A DNA stretch of 61,479 nucleotides, counting the filler. It is 5 parts of 5 records of this genome, joined end to end, with 100 filler letters (N's around TTAATTAATTAA, not from the genome) between each part and the next. Parts side by side here need not be neighbours in the genome. Positions count along the whole stretch, not along the records: positions 1 to 10,462 come from DRR723986_10635; 4 more parts are not named here. One strand, 5' to 3'. The notes under the pieces are model-generated. The model was not told where the DNA came from, did no database searches, and saw only the letters and a program-made list of their open reading frames with translations. Positions 1-10,562 of this stretch are shown in pieces; positions within the stretch are counted from its first letter, which is position 1, and every line of letters starts with the position of its first letter. The translations under genes were made by a program, and so were the position numbers.

Positions 1-298
1 CTCGGTATTCCTCGCTGGGCACACAGAAGCTTTCGGCCGGATTGTGGTTCCGTCCTGGATGATCCCCACCGCTATGAGCGGTTTCGCATCCTCTTCAACG
101 CGAGCCGGAGACGGTTCAAGAACTGCCGGTAAAACTTTGCTCCAGGAAGATCCAGTACAACAATTTTGCCCTCCTGTGCCAAACGCTGCCACTACGAAAG
201 GTGGCTGGGTTTCATGCCGACATACCGGACAACCTTGTTTACGGTCACACCAAACGAACGCCAAGTAGAGCGAAATGAGCTCGTACTTTCTTACAGTA

Positions 299-313
299 TA
301 GTATTTGATACTA
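299..313. promoter_or_regulatory. Palindrome TAGTAT-ttg-ATACTA upstream of the MDR gene; possible repressor operator
   Basis: Perfect 6-bp inverted repeat in an AT-rich spacer about 80 nt before the start; no cognate regulator identified in the contig. Confidence 0.35.
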
Positions 314-393
314 CATGATTTTTTTGTACGTATTGATCATTCTATTGCAACGTCCATTTAGTTCTCCATAGGCATCAAGCAATGGAGTTAAAC

Positions 394-1416
394 ATGCAGG
401 CAATTGGTTATCAAACCCCAGGTCCAATAGAACGGGAAGGCTCTCTTCAGGACATAGAAGTTCCGCGTCCGGTTCCGTCTGGGTACGATCTGTTGGTTGA
501 AGTCGCAGCAATTTCGGTGAACCCCGTCGATACCAAGGTTCGAAAAAGCGCGGAGCCGACGCAAGGCGAGTGGAAAATTCTTGGTTGGGACGCCGTCGGA
601 CGCGTCGTTGAAACCGGTTCATTGGTCTCGGGATTCAACGTAGGTGACGAGGTGTTCTACGCCGGGTCTCTTACGCGGCCAGGAGCTAACAGCCAGTTTC
701 AACTTGTTGACGAGAGGATTGTTGGAAGAAAACCGAGAACTCTCTCAAATGCCGAAGCGGCTGCCCTGCCACTCACTGCTATAACGGCATGGGAAATGTT
801 GTTCGATAGGCTAGATATTTGTCGCAGGGTCCCTGGCGCGGCAAACGCCATTCTCGTTGTCGGCGGCGCAGGTGGTGTTGGCTCAATCACCATCCAGTTA
901 GTAAGGGCACTGACGGATGTCACTGTCATCGCAACGGCTTCGCGACCAGAAACGCAAGCATGGGTCAAAGAGTTGGGGGCTCACCATGTTATTGACCACT
1001 CGCAGCCGATTGCGGCGCAAGTTGAAGCTCTGGGAATCGGTAATCCTGGCTTTGTCTTTTCTACTACTGAGACACATCGCCATATTGGGCAGATTGCAGA
1101 GTTAATCGCTCCTCAAGGCCGGTTTGGATTGATCGACGATCCCGATAGTCTTGATGTTCTGGCATTCAAGAGAAAAGCGGTGTCCATTCACTGGGAGCTG
1201 ATGTTCACACGCTCAATTTTCGAGACACCTGATATGGACGAGCAAGGGAAGTTGTTGAACGAGGTGTCCCGTTTGGTGGACAAAGGAAATATACGCACAA
1301 CCGTAACCGAAATTTTGTCTCCAATAAACGCGGAAAACCTTAAAGCGGCCCATGCGGCTATCGAAAGCGGCAAGACAAAAGGCAAAGTAGTCTTGGAGAG
1401 CTTTGAGGTAGAGTAG
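394..1416 (+). CDS. Zinc-type alcohol dehydrogenase-like / quinone oxidoreductase (MDR superfamily)
   Basis: SVNPVDTK, LGWDAVG, GGAGGVG and HWELMFTRS motifs; GGAG RBS favours ATG 394 over 382. Confidence 0.9.
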   Translation: MQAIGYQTPGPIEREGSLQDIEVPRPVPSGYDLLVEVAAISVNPVDTKVRKSAEPTQGEWKILGWDAVGRVVETGSLVSGFNVGDEVFYAGSLTRPGANSQFQLVDERIVGRKPRTLSNAEAAALPLTAITAWEMLFDRLDICRRVPGAANAILVVGGAGGVGSITIQLVRALTDVTVIATASRPETQAWVKELGAHHVIDHSQPIAAQVEALGIGNPGFVFSTTETHRHIGQIAELIAPQGRFGLIDDPDSLDVLAFKRKAVSIHWELMFTRSIFETPDMDEQGKLLNEVSRLVDKGNIRTTVTEILSPINAENLKAAHAAIESGKTKGKVVLESFEVE

Positions 1417-1810
1417 AGCATATCGCGCTTAACCGGAGATATGCTAACATTGTATTGGCGTAGATATCTCTATTTTTGACAGCTAATAGCGATACAGGTG
1501 TTTGCGAGGAAGCAGGACTTCTCTTGCAAACACCTGCATCGTCGTTAATGTGACAAGCTCACCCAATGAGATCCCCAACAAGATTTTCGAGTAGTTGTAC
1601 TTGGCCAAACCGCACGTAATGGACATTGCAATTAGCCGTACGATCATAGAGTCATTCGGAGAAGAGCTATGATAGCCCCCAAATGAACCCGTCGGTGCAA
1701 ATTTCAGATTCTTTTTGTCGGAGCCTAGCCCGCCTATTAGTATTTCTCTGCTAAATAAGAGCAACGAACGTGTTGACCCGAGAGGTGTTCTCGCCGAGGC
1801 AGAGGCACAA

Positions 1811-1887
1811 TTAGTCCAGACAACTCTGGACTAAGTACAGGTTTTGTTTCGTAAAAGGAAACTCTGCACAAGCCTCGTAAAGGCTTG
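1811..1887. terminator. Hairpins just downstream of the histidine kinase stop
   Basis: TTAGTCCAGA-caac-TCTGGACTAA (1811-1834) and CAAGCCT-cgtaa-AGGCTTG (1869-1887); no clear U-tract. Confidence 0.35.
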
Positions 1888-1890
1888 CTG

Positions 1891-3102
1891 TCAACGTTTC
1901 TCGTAATTGCGCTGGATAGGTAACGAGAACTCCATGCGAGTCCCTTTTTTACCAGACAAGATGTTCAAGGCGCTCCCGTGGGCTTCGAGTATCCGCTTGC
2001 ATATTGCCAGACCAAGTCCAACTCCGTCGGATTTCGTAGTGTAGAATGGCTCACCGAGCCGCTTCAATAGCGTGACATCAATTCCGCGACCAACGTCGCA
2101 CACAGCCACTGCCAGTCCGCTGTCCTGGACCTGGGCTTCGATTGTCAGCACTCGCTCCTGCTTGGGCAGATCGGACATCGCATGGACACCATTTACGACC
2201 AAATTGATCACAACTTGCTGAATTTGAATGGCGTCGCAAATGACGAGAGGCAATGAACCGGAAACTTTCAGCAGAATACTGGCATTCTTGCGGAGGGCAT
2301 CCTGTTCTACAAGCAACAGAGCATCTTTGAGAAGATGTTCTATGCTCGTTGGTTTGAAAACACTTCTATTCTTTCGGGTGAACTCGCGATTGCGCGTTAG
2401 GATTTCGCTTGCCAACGAAGCATTATGCTCCGCGCTTTCAAGACTTTTTTGGGCATTTGATATGTTCGGTTCCGGCGAAGAAAGCCAACGACGTGCTGAT
2501 GATATGCGTGACAATGCCGCTGCAATTGGCTGAGCAATTTCATGTGTAAGTGACGCTGAAAGTTCGCCGATCAGGGAGAGCCTGCCGGCATGCTCCAAAT
2601 CTGTTCGGGCGAGATCAAGCGCCTCCTGTGCTCTCTTTTGCTCTGATATGTCAACCGCGAAGAAATAGATCTCGTTGTAATCCTGTTCCCGGGGCAAATT
2701 CGATCGCCACAAGATGCGTACGCGCTCTCCAATGGCATTTGTAAAATCTCGCTCACCCTGGCACAGCTCGATCCCGGCAATCATCGCACGGATTACATTG
2801 GCTTCGGGATCCGATGGAAGAAGTTCATGAACGCGAGAGTACAATTCCCGGAGCGAGGGTACTCCAAGAAGCCTCAGAGCCGCGGCATTCGCCCCGATGA
2901 TCCGATGATGACGCCGCAATTCTTGCAGATATTCCGGACGCTGACTCAGGAAAGAATCCAGTTCCTCCACACCTCCCTGGAAGTCTGACCGGAGCTGTCG
3001 ATAAACACCAGACCAATCTTCGCGTAGAATTGCGATAGGAGATTTTTCGAACACGTCCGATTGATGCAGCGTCGCAGCCGCTTGAATGCTCGTATCGTAC
3101 AT
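1891..3102 (-). CDS. Cytoplasmic sensor histidine kinase with PAS-like N-terminus (FixL/NodV-like HisKA-HATPase)
   Basis: H-box LTHEIAQP, N-box QVVINLVVNG, G1 DVGRG, F-box PFYTTK, G2 GLGLAIC; no evident transmembrane segment. Confidence 0.9.
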   Translation of the reverse strand: MYDTSIQAAATLHQSDVFEKSPIAILREDWSGVYRQLRSDFQGGVEELDSFLSQRPEYLQELRRHHRIIGANAAALRLLGVPSLRELYSRVHELLPSDPEANVIRAMIAGIELCQGERDFTNAIGERVRILWRSNLPREQDYNEIYFFAVDISEQKRAQEALDLARTDLEHAGRLSLIGELSASLTHEIAQPIAAALSRISSARRWLSSPEPNISNAQKSLESAEHNASLASEILTRNREFTRKNRSVFKPTSIEHLLKDALLLVEQDALRKNASILLKVSGSLPLVICDAIQIQQVVINLVVNGVHAMSDLPKQERVLTIEAQVQDSGLAVAVCDVGRGIDVTLLKRLGEPFYTTKSDGVGLGLAICKRILEAHGSALNILSGKKGTRMEFSLPIQRNYEKR

Positions 3103-3226
3103 AACCTTGCCCGGTGGCCCTAGAGACTGACGTGACTACGTCATTAGTCACTTCCGAATTCACTTGATTATTAGTGGGCGAAAGGGAAAGCGGATAGGCC
3201 CCATTTGTTCCGCCATATGCATAAAA

Positions 3227-4273
3227 TCACACTTTTCGAGCCGCGCTCTGGTTTCTATGAAAACGAACGCTCGGATACAGACGGCCGCTTAGAAGTAGCC
3301 AAACGGTCATGATTGAAAGCCAGCCTACAAGCAGATTGGCCAAAGTGAACATGACAACCGAAACGATTGAAATCGCATAGTTGTCGCCTTGAACCACAAG
3401 CTGAAGAGGCGCAACGGCCATCGATGTTACACCGAAGCTGAAGCCCCAAAACCCGGCAACCGCTCCGGTTTCGCGGAACCATCCTATCAATCTCGTCAAG
3501 ATCGCAAGCTGCAGGATACCGTAGCCGATCAGCGCGTGCACAAATATGTCCGGCTGTGCACCGGTTACCGCGACATACGCAACTGCACCAACCGGTGCAG
3601 GTGCCAAATGAATGCCGAGCGTTGGACGAATGGCCGTAGCTGTTGTTGGCCCCATCAGCAAACGATGCAGAATTACCGATTCCATTGCGAGCCAGGAAAA
3701 CATGCCAGAACCCAACGCGAACTGTCCCCATTCAGGGTAACCTAGCCCCGATGCCACTGTCGCTGTCACAAAGCTTCCCGCAACCGTGGGAAGATATAGC
3801 ACCGCCGTCGTATGGGCTGGATCGCGCTCCCCCTTCCACAGTGCCCCAGTGCGCCAAATTCCGAACAGAGCAGTTATCGCAAATCCGATGAGATAGATTG
3901 CGGACGCCCAGCCATATGAATATGGCAGGATGCCTCCAGCAATCAGCATAGTCGCAACACCAACCAGTCCGATGTAGCAGCACAGTATGGGATTGTTTGC
4001 TTCCTGACGGAAATTCTCGATTGTCATCGCGAGCTTACCAGCATAAAGGACGATAAGCGCGAACCATACAACGCCAGCAGTCAGGAATATTCCTTCTGAG
4101 ACGTAAGGGGGCAACCCCCAGATTTTCTGAGCGGCGCGCCATGTATTCGCCAGCCCCCCGAGGCCAAGTACAATTCCGAAAAACGATGCCGGTGTGCTTC
4201 CGGCGATCTGTGCTAGCAGGTTCGTCTGCAAAACGGCACGAGAGCCGGCGCTCGAATCGATTACTGTTGGCAT
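3227..4273 (-). CDS. tehA: TehA/SLAC1-family (tellurite-resistance/dicarboxylate) anion channel
   Basis: PASFFGIVLGLGGL, LYLPTVAG, RPTLGIHLAP, FWGFSFG; about ten hydrophobic helices. Confidence 0.85.
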   Translation of the reverse strand: MPTVIDSSAGSRAVLQTNLLAQIAGSTPASFFGIVLGLGGLANTWRAAQKIWGLPPYVSEGIFLTAGVVWFALIVLYAGKLAMTIENFRQEANNPILCCYIGLVGVATMLIAGGILPYSYGWASAIYLIGFAITALFGIWRTGALWKGERDPAHTTAVLYLPTVAGSFVTATVASGLGYPEWGQFALGSGMFSWLAMESVILHRLLMGPTTATAIRPTLGIHLAPAPVGAVAYVAVTGAQPDIFVHALIGYGILQLAILTRLIGWFRETGAVAGFWGFSFGVTSMAVAPLQLVVQGDNYAISIVSVVMFTLANLLVGWLSIMTVWLLLSGRLYPSVRFHRNQSAARKV

Positions 4274-4344
4274 GTTTTTGCTCCGGTTGACCAGTAATGT
4301 GCACCGGACGCAAGATTTTGCGCCCGGCGATGAATTGCGGTCGA

Positions 4345-5304
4345 TCAGCTCCTCACAAAAGCCAAGAGATCAGGGTTGATGACATCCGCATGGGTCGTCA
4401 GCATTCCGTGTGGGTAGCCCTTGTAGACCTTCAGAGTTCCATTTTTGAGCAGTGTGACTGATAGCTTTGCGGCATCATCGATGGGGACGATCTGATCATC
4501 GTCGCCATGCATGACAAGTGTCGGAACAGTAATCGACTTCAGGTCTTCAGTCTGGTCGGTTTCGGAGAAGGCCTTGATGCCCTCATAATGCGCCTTCGCG
4601 CTCCCGATCATACCTTGTCGCCACCAGTTCTGGATCGTACCTGGATAAATCTTGGCTTCGGGACGATTGAAACCATAAAAAGGCCCGGTCGGCAGATCGA
4701 GGAAGAACTGTGCACGGTTTGCAGCTAACTGCGCGCGCAGCCCATCGAAAACGTCGCGCGGCAGCCCACCGGGGTTGCTCTCAGTTTTCAACATGAGAGG
4801 TGGTACGGCACTAACCAAAACGGCCTTCGCAACGCGCTTCTGAGGTTCGCCGTACTTCGCGACATAGCGCGCAACCTCACCTCCACCAGTGGAATGGCCA
4901 ATATGGACGGCATTGCGCAAGTCAAGGTGTTCCATGACCGCTGCGGCGTCGGCCGCATAGTGATCCATATCGTGGCCGCCCGAGACCTGGGAGGAACGGC
5001 CGTGCCCACGACGATCATGCGCCACAACTCGAAACCCGTTGTTGACGAAGAAAAGCATCTGAGCATCCCAGTCATCGGACGACAGCGGCCAACCATGATG
5101 GAAAACCACTGGCTGGGCATTACGCGGCCCCCAGTCCTTGTAGAAAATGTCGACACCATCTTTCGTTTTTACGTAGCTTTCCGTCATCTGAAACTTCCCT
5201 TTCTCTCCATCCAAGCTTGATCCGGCAAATAATTTTTTGTCCATTGCCATGATGAACGATACCGTTGCTGCCGCCGTCAGCGTCTCTCTTCGTGACAAGA
5301 GCAT
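4345..5304 (-). CDS. cpo: Non-heme haloperoxidase/perhydrolase (alpha/beta hydrolase)
   Basis: [42 protein letters not shown]; start either 5304 (RR leader) or 5187. Confidence 0.9.
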   Translation of the reverse strand: MLLSRRETLTAAATVSFIMAMDKKLFAGSSLDGEKGKFQMTESYVKTKDGVDIFYKDWGPRNAQPVVFHHGWPLSSDDWDAQMLFFVNNGFRVVAHDRRGHGRSSQVSGGHDMDHYAADAAAVMEHLDLRNAVHIGHSTGGGEVARYVAKYGEPQKRVAKAVLVSAVPPLMLKTESNPGGLPRDVFDGLRAQLAANRAQFFLDLPTGPFYGFNRPEAKIYPGTIQNWWRQGMIGSAKAHYEGIKAFSETDQTEDLKSITVPTLVMHGDDDQIVPIDDAAKLSVTLLKNGTLKVYKGYPHGMLTTHADVINPDLLAFVRS

Positions 5305-5626
5305 AGCGATCTTCCTTCGATGTTTCGTTGAGCAAGCGAACACTACGCACTTCTGAGATATGCTTATTGTATCTTTGGACGCATCCGGATCTATCTCGGG
5401 CCTCATGCTCGTAGGCAAACGTTCTCGTTAGAAAATAACGTCACAGCCATCCATGCGCCTCGTCAGGTTTGTCGTTGGAACTCAACTGCGGCTGGTCGTT
5501 GGCATATGAGATCATTGGTGACATCAAATCGGAGCGGACCAGCCAACTGCCGCAAATTCGCGTCGACTTGGGCTTTTTCGCAGCTGGAAGTTGACAGTCT
5601 TTGCGGTCCGAGCTGCTCGAACTAAA

Positions 5627-7342
5627 TCAGGAATCGCGGACTTGCGACGCCCCCCCGCGAACAAGCGGCGGATCTTGCCCAATGCCAAAATGGTCGAGAC
5701 CCGACTGCAAGGTAAGTGGCCTAGCCTGGAGCACGTTTCCATCGACCCGCGACCATATTGCTCTTGCCCCGCATGCCGATAGTTTGGTCGTCGCTTTCAA
5801 ATCTGCAATTCTTCTCCGGCGACCAACCGGCGCATGACGCGTCTTTTGCGGTGGCATTTCCTCCGAGCAATACCATGACGAAAGAGGAGGTAATCTATCG
5901 CTCGAACGGTGCCCCCCGGCTTGGGACAAACGTCCCGCCATTTCGCAGATATCAGCTCCACTCAACGCCTGCAGCTGCCGCGGTTCTGCTCTCTGACGCA
6001 CATACGTGCGCACTGTTCGGAGAAGGTGGAACTCGTCTGTCTTTTCATTACGACTAACAAGTGACTTTAGAACAAGCCCCGCGAGCGCTTCTTCAAAACA
6101 GCCGTCCTCCAAGAGTCGTTCCGCGACCGTTCGAGCAGTTTCGAAGGTGAACGCGTTTGGAAAAACCGAAAGTGTTTCGAGTAACCTGGCTTCGCTCCTT
6201 CCAAGCCGGTCAAAGCTCCAGTCGAGTGATGCCTTGAATGTTTGTTGCCGATGGGGAGCGGTTCTGTACCCAAGCGTTAGAACCGCTAACGAGTCTCTTA
6301 GCGAAAGAACCAAGTTTGCCAGACCCAAATCCGCCACACGACGGGCGGCCATCTCTATTGCAAGGGGAACTCCGTCGAGAAGTCGCACGATTTCCGCAGC
6401 TTTCTCCAGAAGAGCCTCCTGCTCGTCGGCAAAGTCACCGGGCGATTGCGTTATCTTGTCAACAAACAATTCTATCGACGCAAAGGTAGAAATCTCATGC
6501 GAAGGAAGACCTTCCGAGGGCACCTCCAGAGGTTCAAGACGCCTCACCTTTTCGCCGCAAATCCTCAAAGGCTCTCGACTCGTGGCTATAATAGAGAGCT
6601 GTCGGCACCTTGTGAGCAACGTTTCGGCAAGCTCAGCTGCTGCGCCAATGATGTGTTCGCAACTGTCGAGGACTATAAGGAAATCTTGGTTCTCAATGGC
6701 CTCAACGATTGAGGCAACCGAAGTCGTAGAACTTGAATTGACACCGAGTGATGAAGCAAGGGAGGTTGCAATCGTATCGCCTTTTCTGCAATTCGACAGG
6801 TCGATAAAGGCAGCACCCTTGTATCTGTCCTTTGTCGCGTGAGCTGCCTTGATCGCGACGGCAGTCTTTCCCACTCCGCCACCTCCAACGATGGTGGTTA
6901 TCCGCGCGGTCTTATCATCTACAATTGCCTGAACAAATTCGTCGCGTCCGAGAACGTTGGCGCAGGCTTCAGGTAGTGTTGTTGTCATACAGCTCTTGAT
7001 GGACATGCCGCCTGCATTTGACACGAATGCTGGACTTTCTTGCACTTCTGCAATGAACGCATACCCCCGTCCCGGCACTGCCTTGATATAGGGGCATGTG
7101 CCGACGACACCCAAAGCTTTCCGTAGCGACACAAGATGAACGCGTAGTGCTCCCTCCGAGACAAATGTTTCCGGCCAGACAGCGTTGATGAGATCGCGCT
7201 TCGAAACAACCTCACCAGGACTCGTGATCAAGATGCGCAGGATATCGAAGGCCCGCGCACCCACTTTGACCGGCTTGCCGTAGCGGGTGACGCAACGCTT
7301 TTGCATATCGACCTCGAATTCATCGAAATGAATTTTATCCAT
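5627..7342 (-). CDS. Winged-helix transcriptional regulator fused to a STAND/NB-ARC-like ATPase
   Basis: OmpR-type wHTH (VWPETFVSEGALRVH...VPGRGY), Walker A GGVGKT, VLDSCEH, ATSREPL, LDGVPLAIE; last ~120 aa unrecognisable. Confidence 0.85.
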   Translation of the reverse strand: MDKIHFDEFEVDMQKRCVTRYGKPVKVGARAFDILRILITSPGEVVSKRDLINAVWPETFVSEGALRVHLVSLRKALGVVGTCPYIKAVPGRGYAFIAEVQESPAFVSNAGGMSIKSCMTTTLPEACANVLGRDEFVQAIVDDKTARITTIVGGGGVGKTAVAIKAAHATKDRYKGAAFIDLSNCRKGDTIATSLASSLGVNSSSTTSVASIVEAIENQDFLIVLDSCEHIIGAAAELAETLLTRCRQLSIIATSREPLRICGEKVRRLEPLEVPSEGLPSHEISTFASIELFVDKITQSPGDFADEQEALLEKAAEIVRLLDGVPLAIEMAARRVADLGLANLVLSLRDSLAVLTLGYRTAPHRQQTFKASLDWSFDRLGRSEARLLETLSVFPNAFTFETARTVAERLLEDGCFEEALAGLVLKSLVSRNEKTDEFHLLRTVRTYVRQRAEPRQLQALSGADICEMAGRLSQAGGHRSSDRLPPLSSWYCSEEMPPQKTRHAPVGRRRRIADLKATTKLSACGARAIWSRVDGNVLQARPLTLQSGLDHFGIGQDPPLVRGGASQVRDS

Positions 7343-7911
7343 GTGTAACCTCAGCGGATATGCAGCGCGTGGACCCTGTTGGGGGCAGGAAATAGCGCTG
7401 CCTTTAGCGTAAAGCAGGCTAACTATCGATCAGCGCGAAGAAAGCTGTCCATGGGCACACAAATGAATTCAAAGGTGGAATAGAAAGGTTAGAAGCCTTA
7501 TCCCTAGGGATAGAGGCGGCCGCTCTTGGCCTCGACCATGGCCTATATCGCAGCGACGAAGGGCATCCACCAAGCGAGCGTCTTGGTGCGTGTGCGTGTG
7601 ACTAAATCGTGGTGGCCATATGAGTTCGTGAAGCAACTCCTGCTTTATCAAGAGTGGCATGCCAAAGACGGCGAACTGTTCTCGTGGCAATTGCCATACC
7701 ACGCATGAAATTCTCTTTATTGGACAATCAAAGCTCGACGTGCGAACGCCAAATTGCCTCCTTTAAAAATTGACCTTTGCCTGTAAGTCGGTCCGCATTT
7801 GATTGATTAATACACATACGAAACATGTCTTAACTTCATTTAACGCCTCTCAACTCGTTTATCTGGCCGGTGCACTGCAAGTTTCCTTTGATCACAACGA
7901 AGGAAACTCAA

Positions 7912-8367
7912 ATGACATCTACGGACGTTTCAAAAAACTTTGGTGAAGTCTCTCCAGGCCTACCAGGAACAGGCAGTCTATCCCCAAGACCCCAAGGCAG
8001 CCCACGACCGAATCAAACCGGTCTTGCGAATTGGCAGGCGCAGAAAGTCAAGCAATTCGTTGATGATCATCTTGGCAATCCAATTCGGGTCGCCGATCTC
8101 GCGAAACTTTCAAAGTTGAGTTCAAGCCAGTTTTCAAAGTCATTCAAGGTAACTTTTCAAATCTCACCCTATGAATACATCTTGCGTAGACGTATTGATG
8201 CGGCGAAATTCCTGATGTTGAACTCAACTGAATCGCTTAGCCAAATTGCATGCGGTTGTGGAATGTACGATCAGGCCCATTTCACCAAGCTGTTTAAGCG
8301 TATCGTGGGAACCTCTCCCCTGAGATGGAGAAATGCAGTTACACAAATCGCTACAGTCGTTCATTGA
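7912..8367 (+). CDS. AraC-family regulator, essentially DNA-binding domain only
   Basis: GLANWQ lead-in and IACGCGMYDQAHFTKLFKRIVGTSPLRWR signature; AAGGA RBS before ATG 7912. Confidence 0.85.
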   Translation: MTSTDVSKNFGEVSPGLPGTGSLSPRPQGSPRPNQTGLANWQAQKVKQFVDDHLGNPIRVADLAKLSKLSSSQFSKSFKVTFQISPYEYILRRRIDAAKFLMLNSTESLSQIACGCGMYDQAHFTKLFKRIVGTSPLRWRNAVTQIATVVH

Positions 8368-9049
8368 ACAGAGCCCCTGCCGATACGCATTCGACAGCCA
8401 CTAACTCGGATCGCCTTCAAATAGCTCAAATCTGCCTATCGACTGGGTCGTTTCACGAAAAATAGACCCAATGCGTCAAACAGAACGCACGATACGATGC
8501 TGCATAACAGTGAAATACCGGACCAGATGGTTTCAAGTTGAAACCGCCATGGTGATCAATATGCTCTAGGCGCCGCCAAACGCCGCTGGCGTCCGGCACC
8601 GGGAATACCCACTCATTGTGTCCAGCTGAACCGCAGGCTCCTGGTAGCCTGCGAATTATATTAGAAGCATCAGAAATTGGTTCGGGGAGTCTAGACCGGC
8701 TTCGCCCCTGGGCCTCCCGTGCAATAAGCCTCAGTGTCATTTTTCGATGCTATTGCGGCTGCGATGCTGGAAGAAGCCTGCCAAGCGACCAGATCCAGAT
8801 CCTTACAAGAAGATCGAATTCAACATCGCCCTCTTTATCTCTTTTTTAATCGAAACCTTTCGCACATATTTTGCGTTCGACGGGCACACTTTTACTATTT
8901 GATATGGAGGGGCACAGTCGCCGAAAACATCGGTATTGAGATGCAAACACAACAACACAAGAAAACGCACAAGAACAAGTCCATTGCCTGTCCTTGTGCG
9001 CCTGGCGCTAAAGTGCGCATTTCTCACGAAGATCGCGTGCTGCAGAGTT

Positions 9050-9775
9050 CTATCGGCAAGCCTTGGCCGTCGAGAGGACGTCCAACGCGGTATCTGTGGT
9101 CCAAAGAGCGTTGGCAAACCATCGGAAATTCAGGAGAGCGGCCGCGTACGCATCTCCTTCCGGCAGTTTACTCCCAGCGGTCGCGTCGCGCACAACGGCA
9201 ACTTCGAAGCCTTTTTCGACCAGATCCCGTAGATGTGACTCGACGCAATAGTTTGCCGCCATTCCAGCCAGGATCACCTGATCGACTTTCTTTTTTCTGA
9301 GTTGGAAGACAACGTCATTCGTCTGAGGGCCGGCAATTTTGTGCGGCGAGCAGACGATCGTTCCTCCATCCTGGATCAAAGACTTATACTCAGGAAGCCA
9401 ATCCGCACCAGAACCATCAAATCCTTCGAGAGAAAGCGGATCCTTACGATCGAACATCCGGAGTTTGTGCATGAGGGTTTCCCCCGTCGCGGCAAAATCC
9501 CAACGATGATCCTGAGGGTAGTAATAATGCGGAGAAATGACAACGGGGATCCCGGCACTTTTGGCCGCATCAAACAATCGCCCAATGTTTTGGACGGTAT
9601 CAAGTTCTTGTATGCTTTCGCCGAAGACCCCCCAAGCGGCACCCTTTGGGCTAAGAAAGTCGATCTGAGGGTCGGTGATCAGCAGTGCCGCACGCGAAAG
9701 ATCGATCTGCATTTCAATCTGTGGCAAAGCCGGGTTTGTGGGGTCGGCATATGCAAGTGGAATACTAATACTCAT
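9050..9775 (-). CDS. Isochorismatase-family cysteine hydrolase
   Basis: ALLITDPQIDFL, PHK and AGMAANYCVESH (Asp-Lys-Cys triad), VRDATAG. Confidence 0.88.
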   Translation of the reverse strand: MSISIPLAYADPTNPALPQIEMQIDLSRAALLITDPQIDFLSPKGAAWGVFGESIQELDTVQNIGRLFDAAKSAGIPVVISPHYYYPQDHRWDFAATGETLMHKLRMFDRKDPLSLEGFDGSGADWLPEYKSLIQDGGTIVCSPHKIAGPQTNDVVFQLRKKKVDQVILAGMAANYCVESHLRDLVEKGFEVAVVRDATAGSKLPEGDAYAAALLNFRWFANALWTTDTALDVLSTAKACR

Positions 9776-9967
9776 GAAGATGCTCCTATGTTAGGACACC
9801 TAAAAAATACCCTGGTAAACTCTCACCTCATTGTACGATCATGTATAAAGCATAGTTTCAAAACTTCGATTTCTGTCAGTCTTTCTTAGTGAGCAGAAAC
9901 ATTTAGAAACAATGCTCGCCAAATATTTTATAGAAACCTTTTCACCTCCAGACAGATTAATATCATA

Positions 9968-10462
9968 TCATTGCTTCCTAGGTTTTTCGCTATTGCACAG
10001 TTCATCATCGAGCTGACTTACACGTGCGTTCCCCAGATAAAGATTGGACAGCACAATCAGCGCATTCGGATCAATCTTTTCGACGACATCCTTTCGTACA
10101 ATAAGGGTCGCCTGGTCTTGACCGCCCAGCAATCCGCGGGGCTCCGACAGGGCTCGAATTTCATATCTGTTATGCAAATACTGTGGATGCCAAAGGGGAA
10201 CGACGATCCACTTCCTGGATCGGTAGGCGTCTTCGAAGCGATCAAAACAGTCTTCTTCCGACCCGGTTTCAAAGTGATAGCCCGCACTAGCCAATGCATA
10301 GCTTTCCATGATCGCTTTGGAAAAGCGGCTAATGCCTGCTCCCGGATTTATGCCCTGAATACGGCGATCCATGTTTGAAAGCGCCGGGTCAGCAAGCAGA
10401 TCTTCAACCTTAGCTACCTCGGCGGGAACGTAATCGGGCACACCCCAAATACAATATGGCTC
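9968..10462 (-). CDS. Glycine-betaine-type ABC substrate-binding protein, 5'-truncated at contig end
   Basis: EPYCIWGVPDYVP, IQGINPGAGI, VVPLWHPQ; frame open to the linker. Confidence 0.75.
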   Translation of the reverse strand, partial: EPYCIWGVPDYVPAEVAKVEDLLADPALSNMDRRIQGINPGAGISRFSKAIMESYALASAGYHFETGSEEDCFDRFEDAYRSRKWIVVPLWHPQYLHNRYEIRALSEPRGLLGGQDQATLIVRKDVVEKIDPNALIVLSNLYLGNARVSQLDDELCNSEKPRKQ

Positions 10463-10562
10463 NNNNNNNNNNNNNNNNNNNNNNNNNNNNNNNNNNNNNN
10501 NNNNNNTTAATTAATTAANNNNNNNNNNNNNNNNNNNNNNNNNNNNNNNNNNNNNNNNNNNN
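10463..10562. other. Artificial contig linker
   Basis: N-run + TTAATTAATTAA (stops in all six frames) + N-run, 100 nt. Confidence 0.99.

Noticed and set aside
1-280. Possible regulator gene divergent from the MDR gene
   Set aside because: No frame examined gave a recognisable protein
1483-1764. 93-aa minus-strand ORF
   Set aside because: No motif or RBS support
6006-6842. 278-aa plus-strand ORF
   Set aside because: Ser-rich antisense shadow of the STAND regulator
8400-9040. Several short overlapping ORFs between AraC and the cysteine hydrolase
   Set aside because: None resembles a known family; cannot be told from chance or decayed sequence
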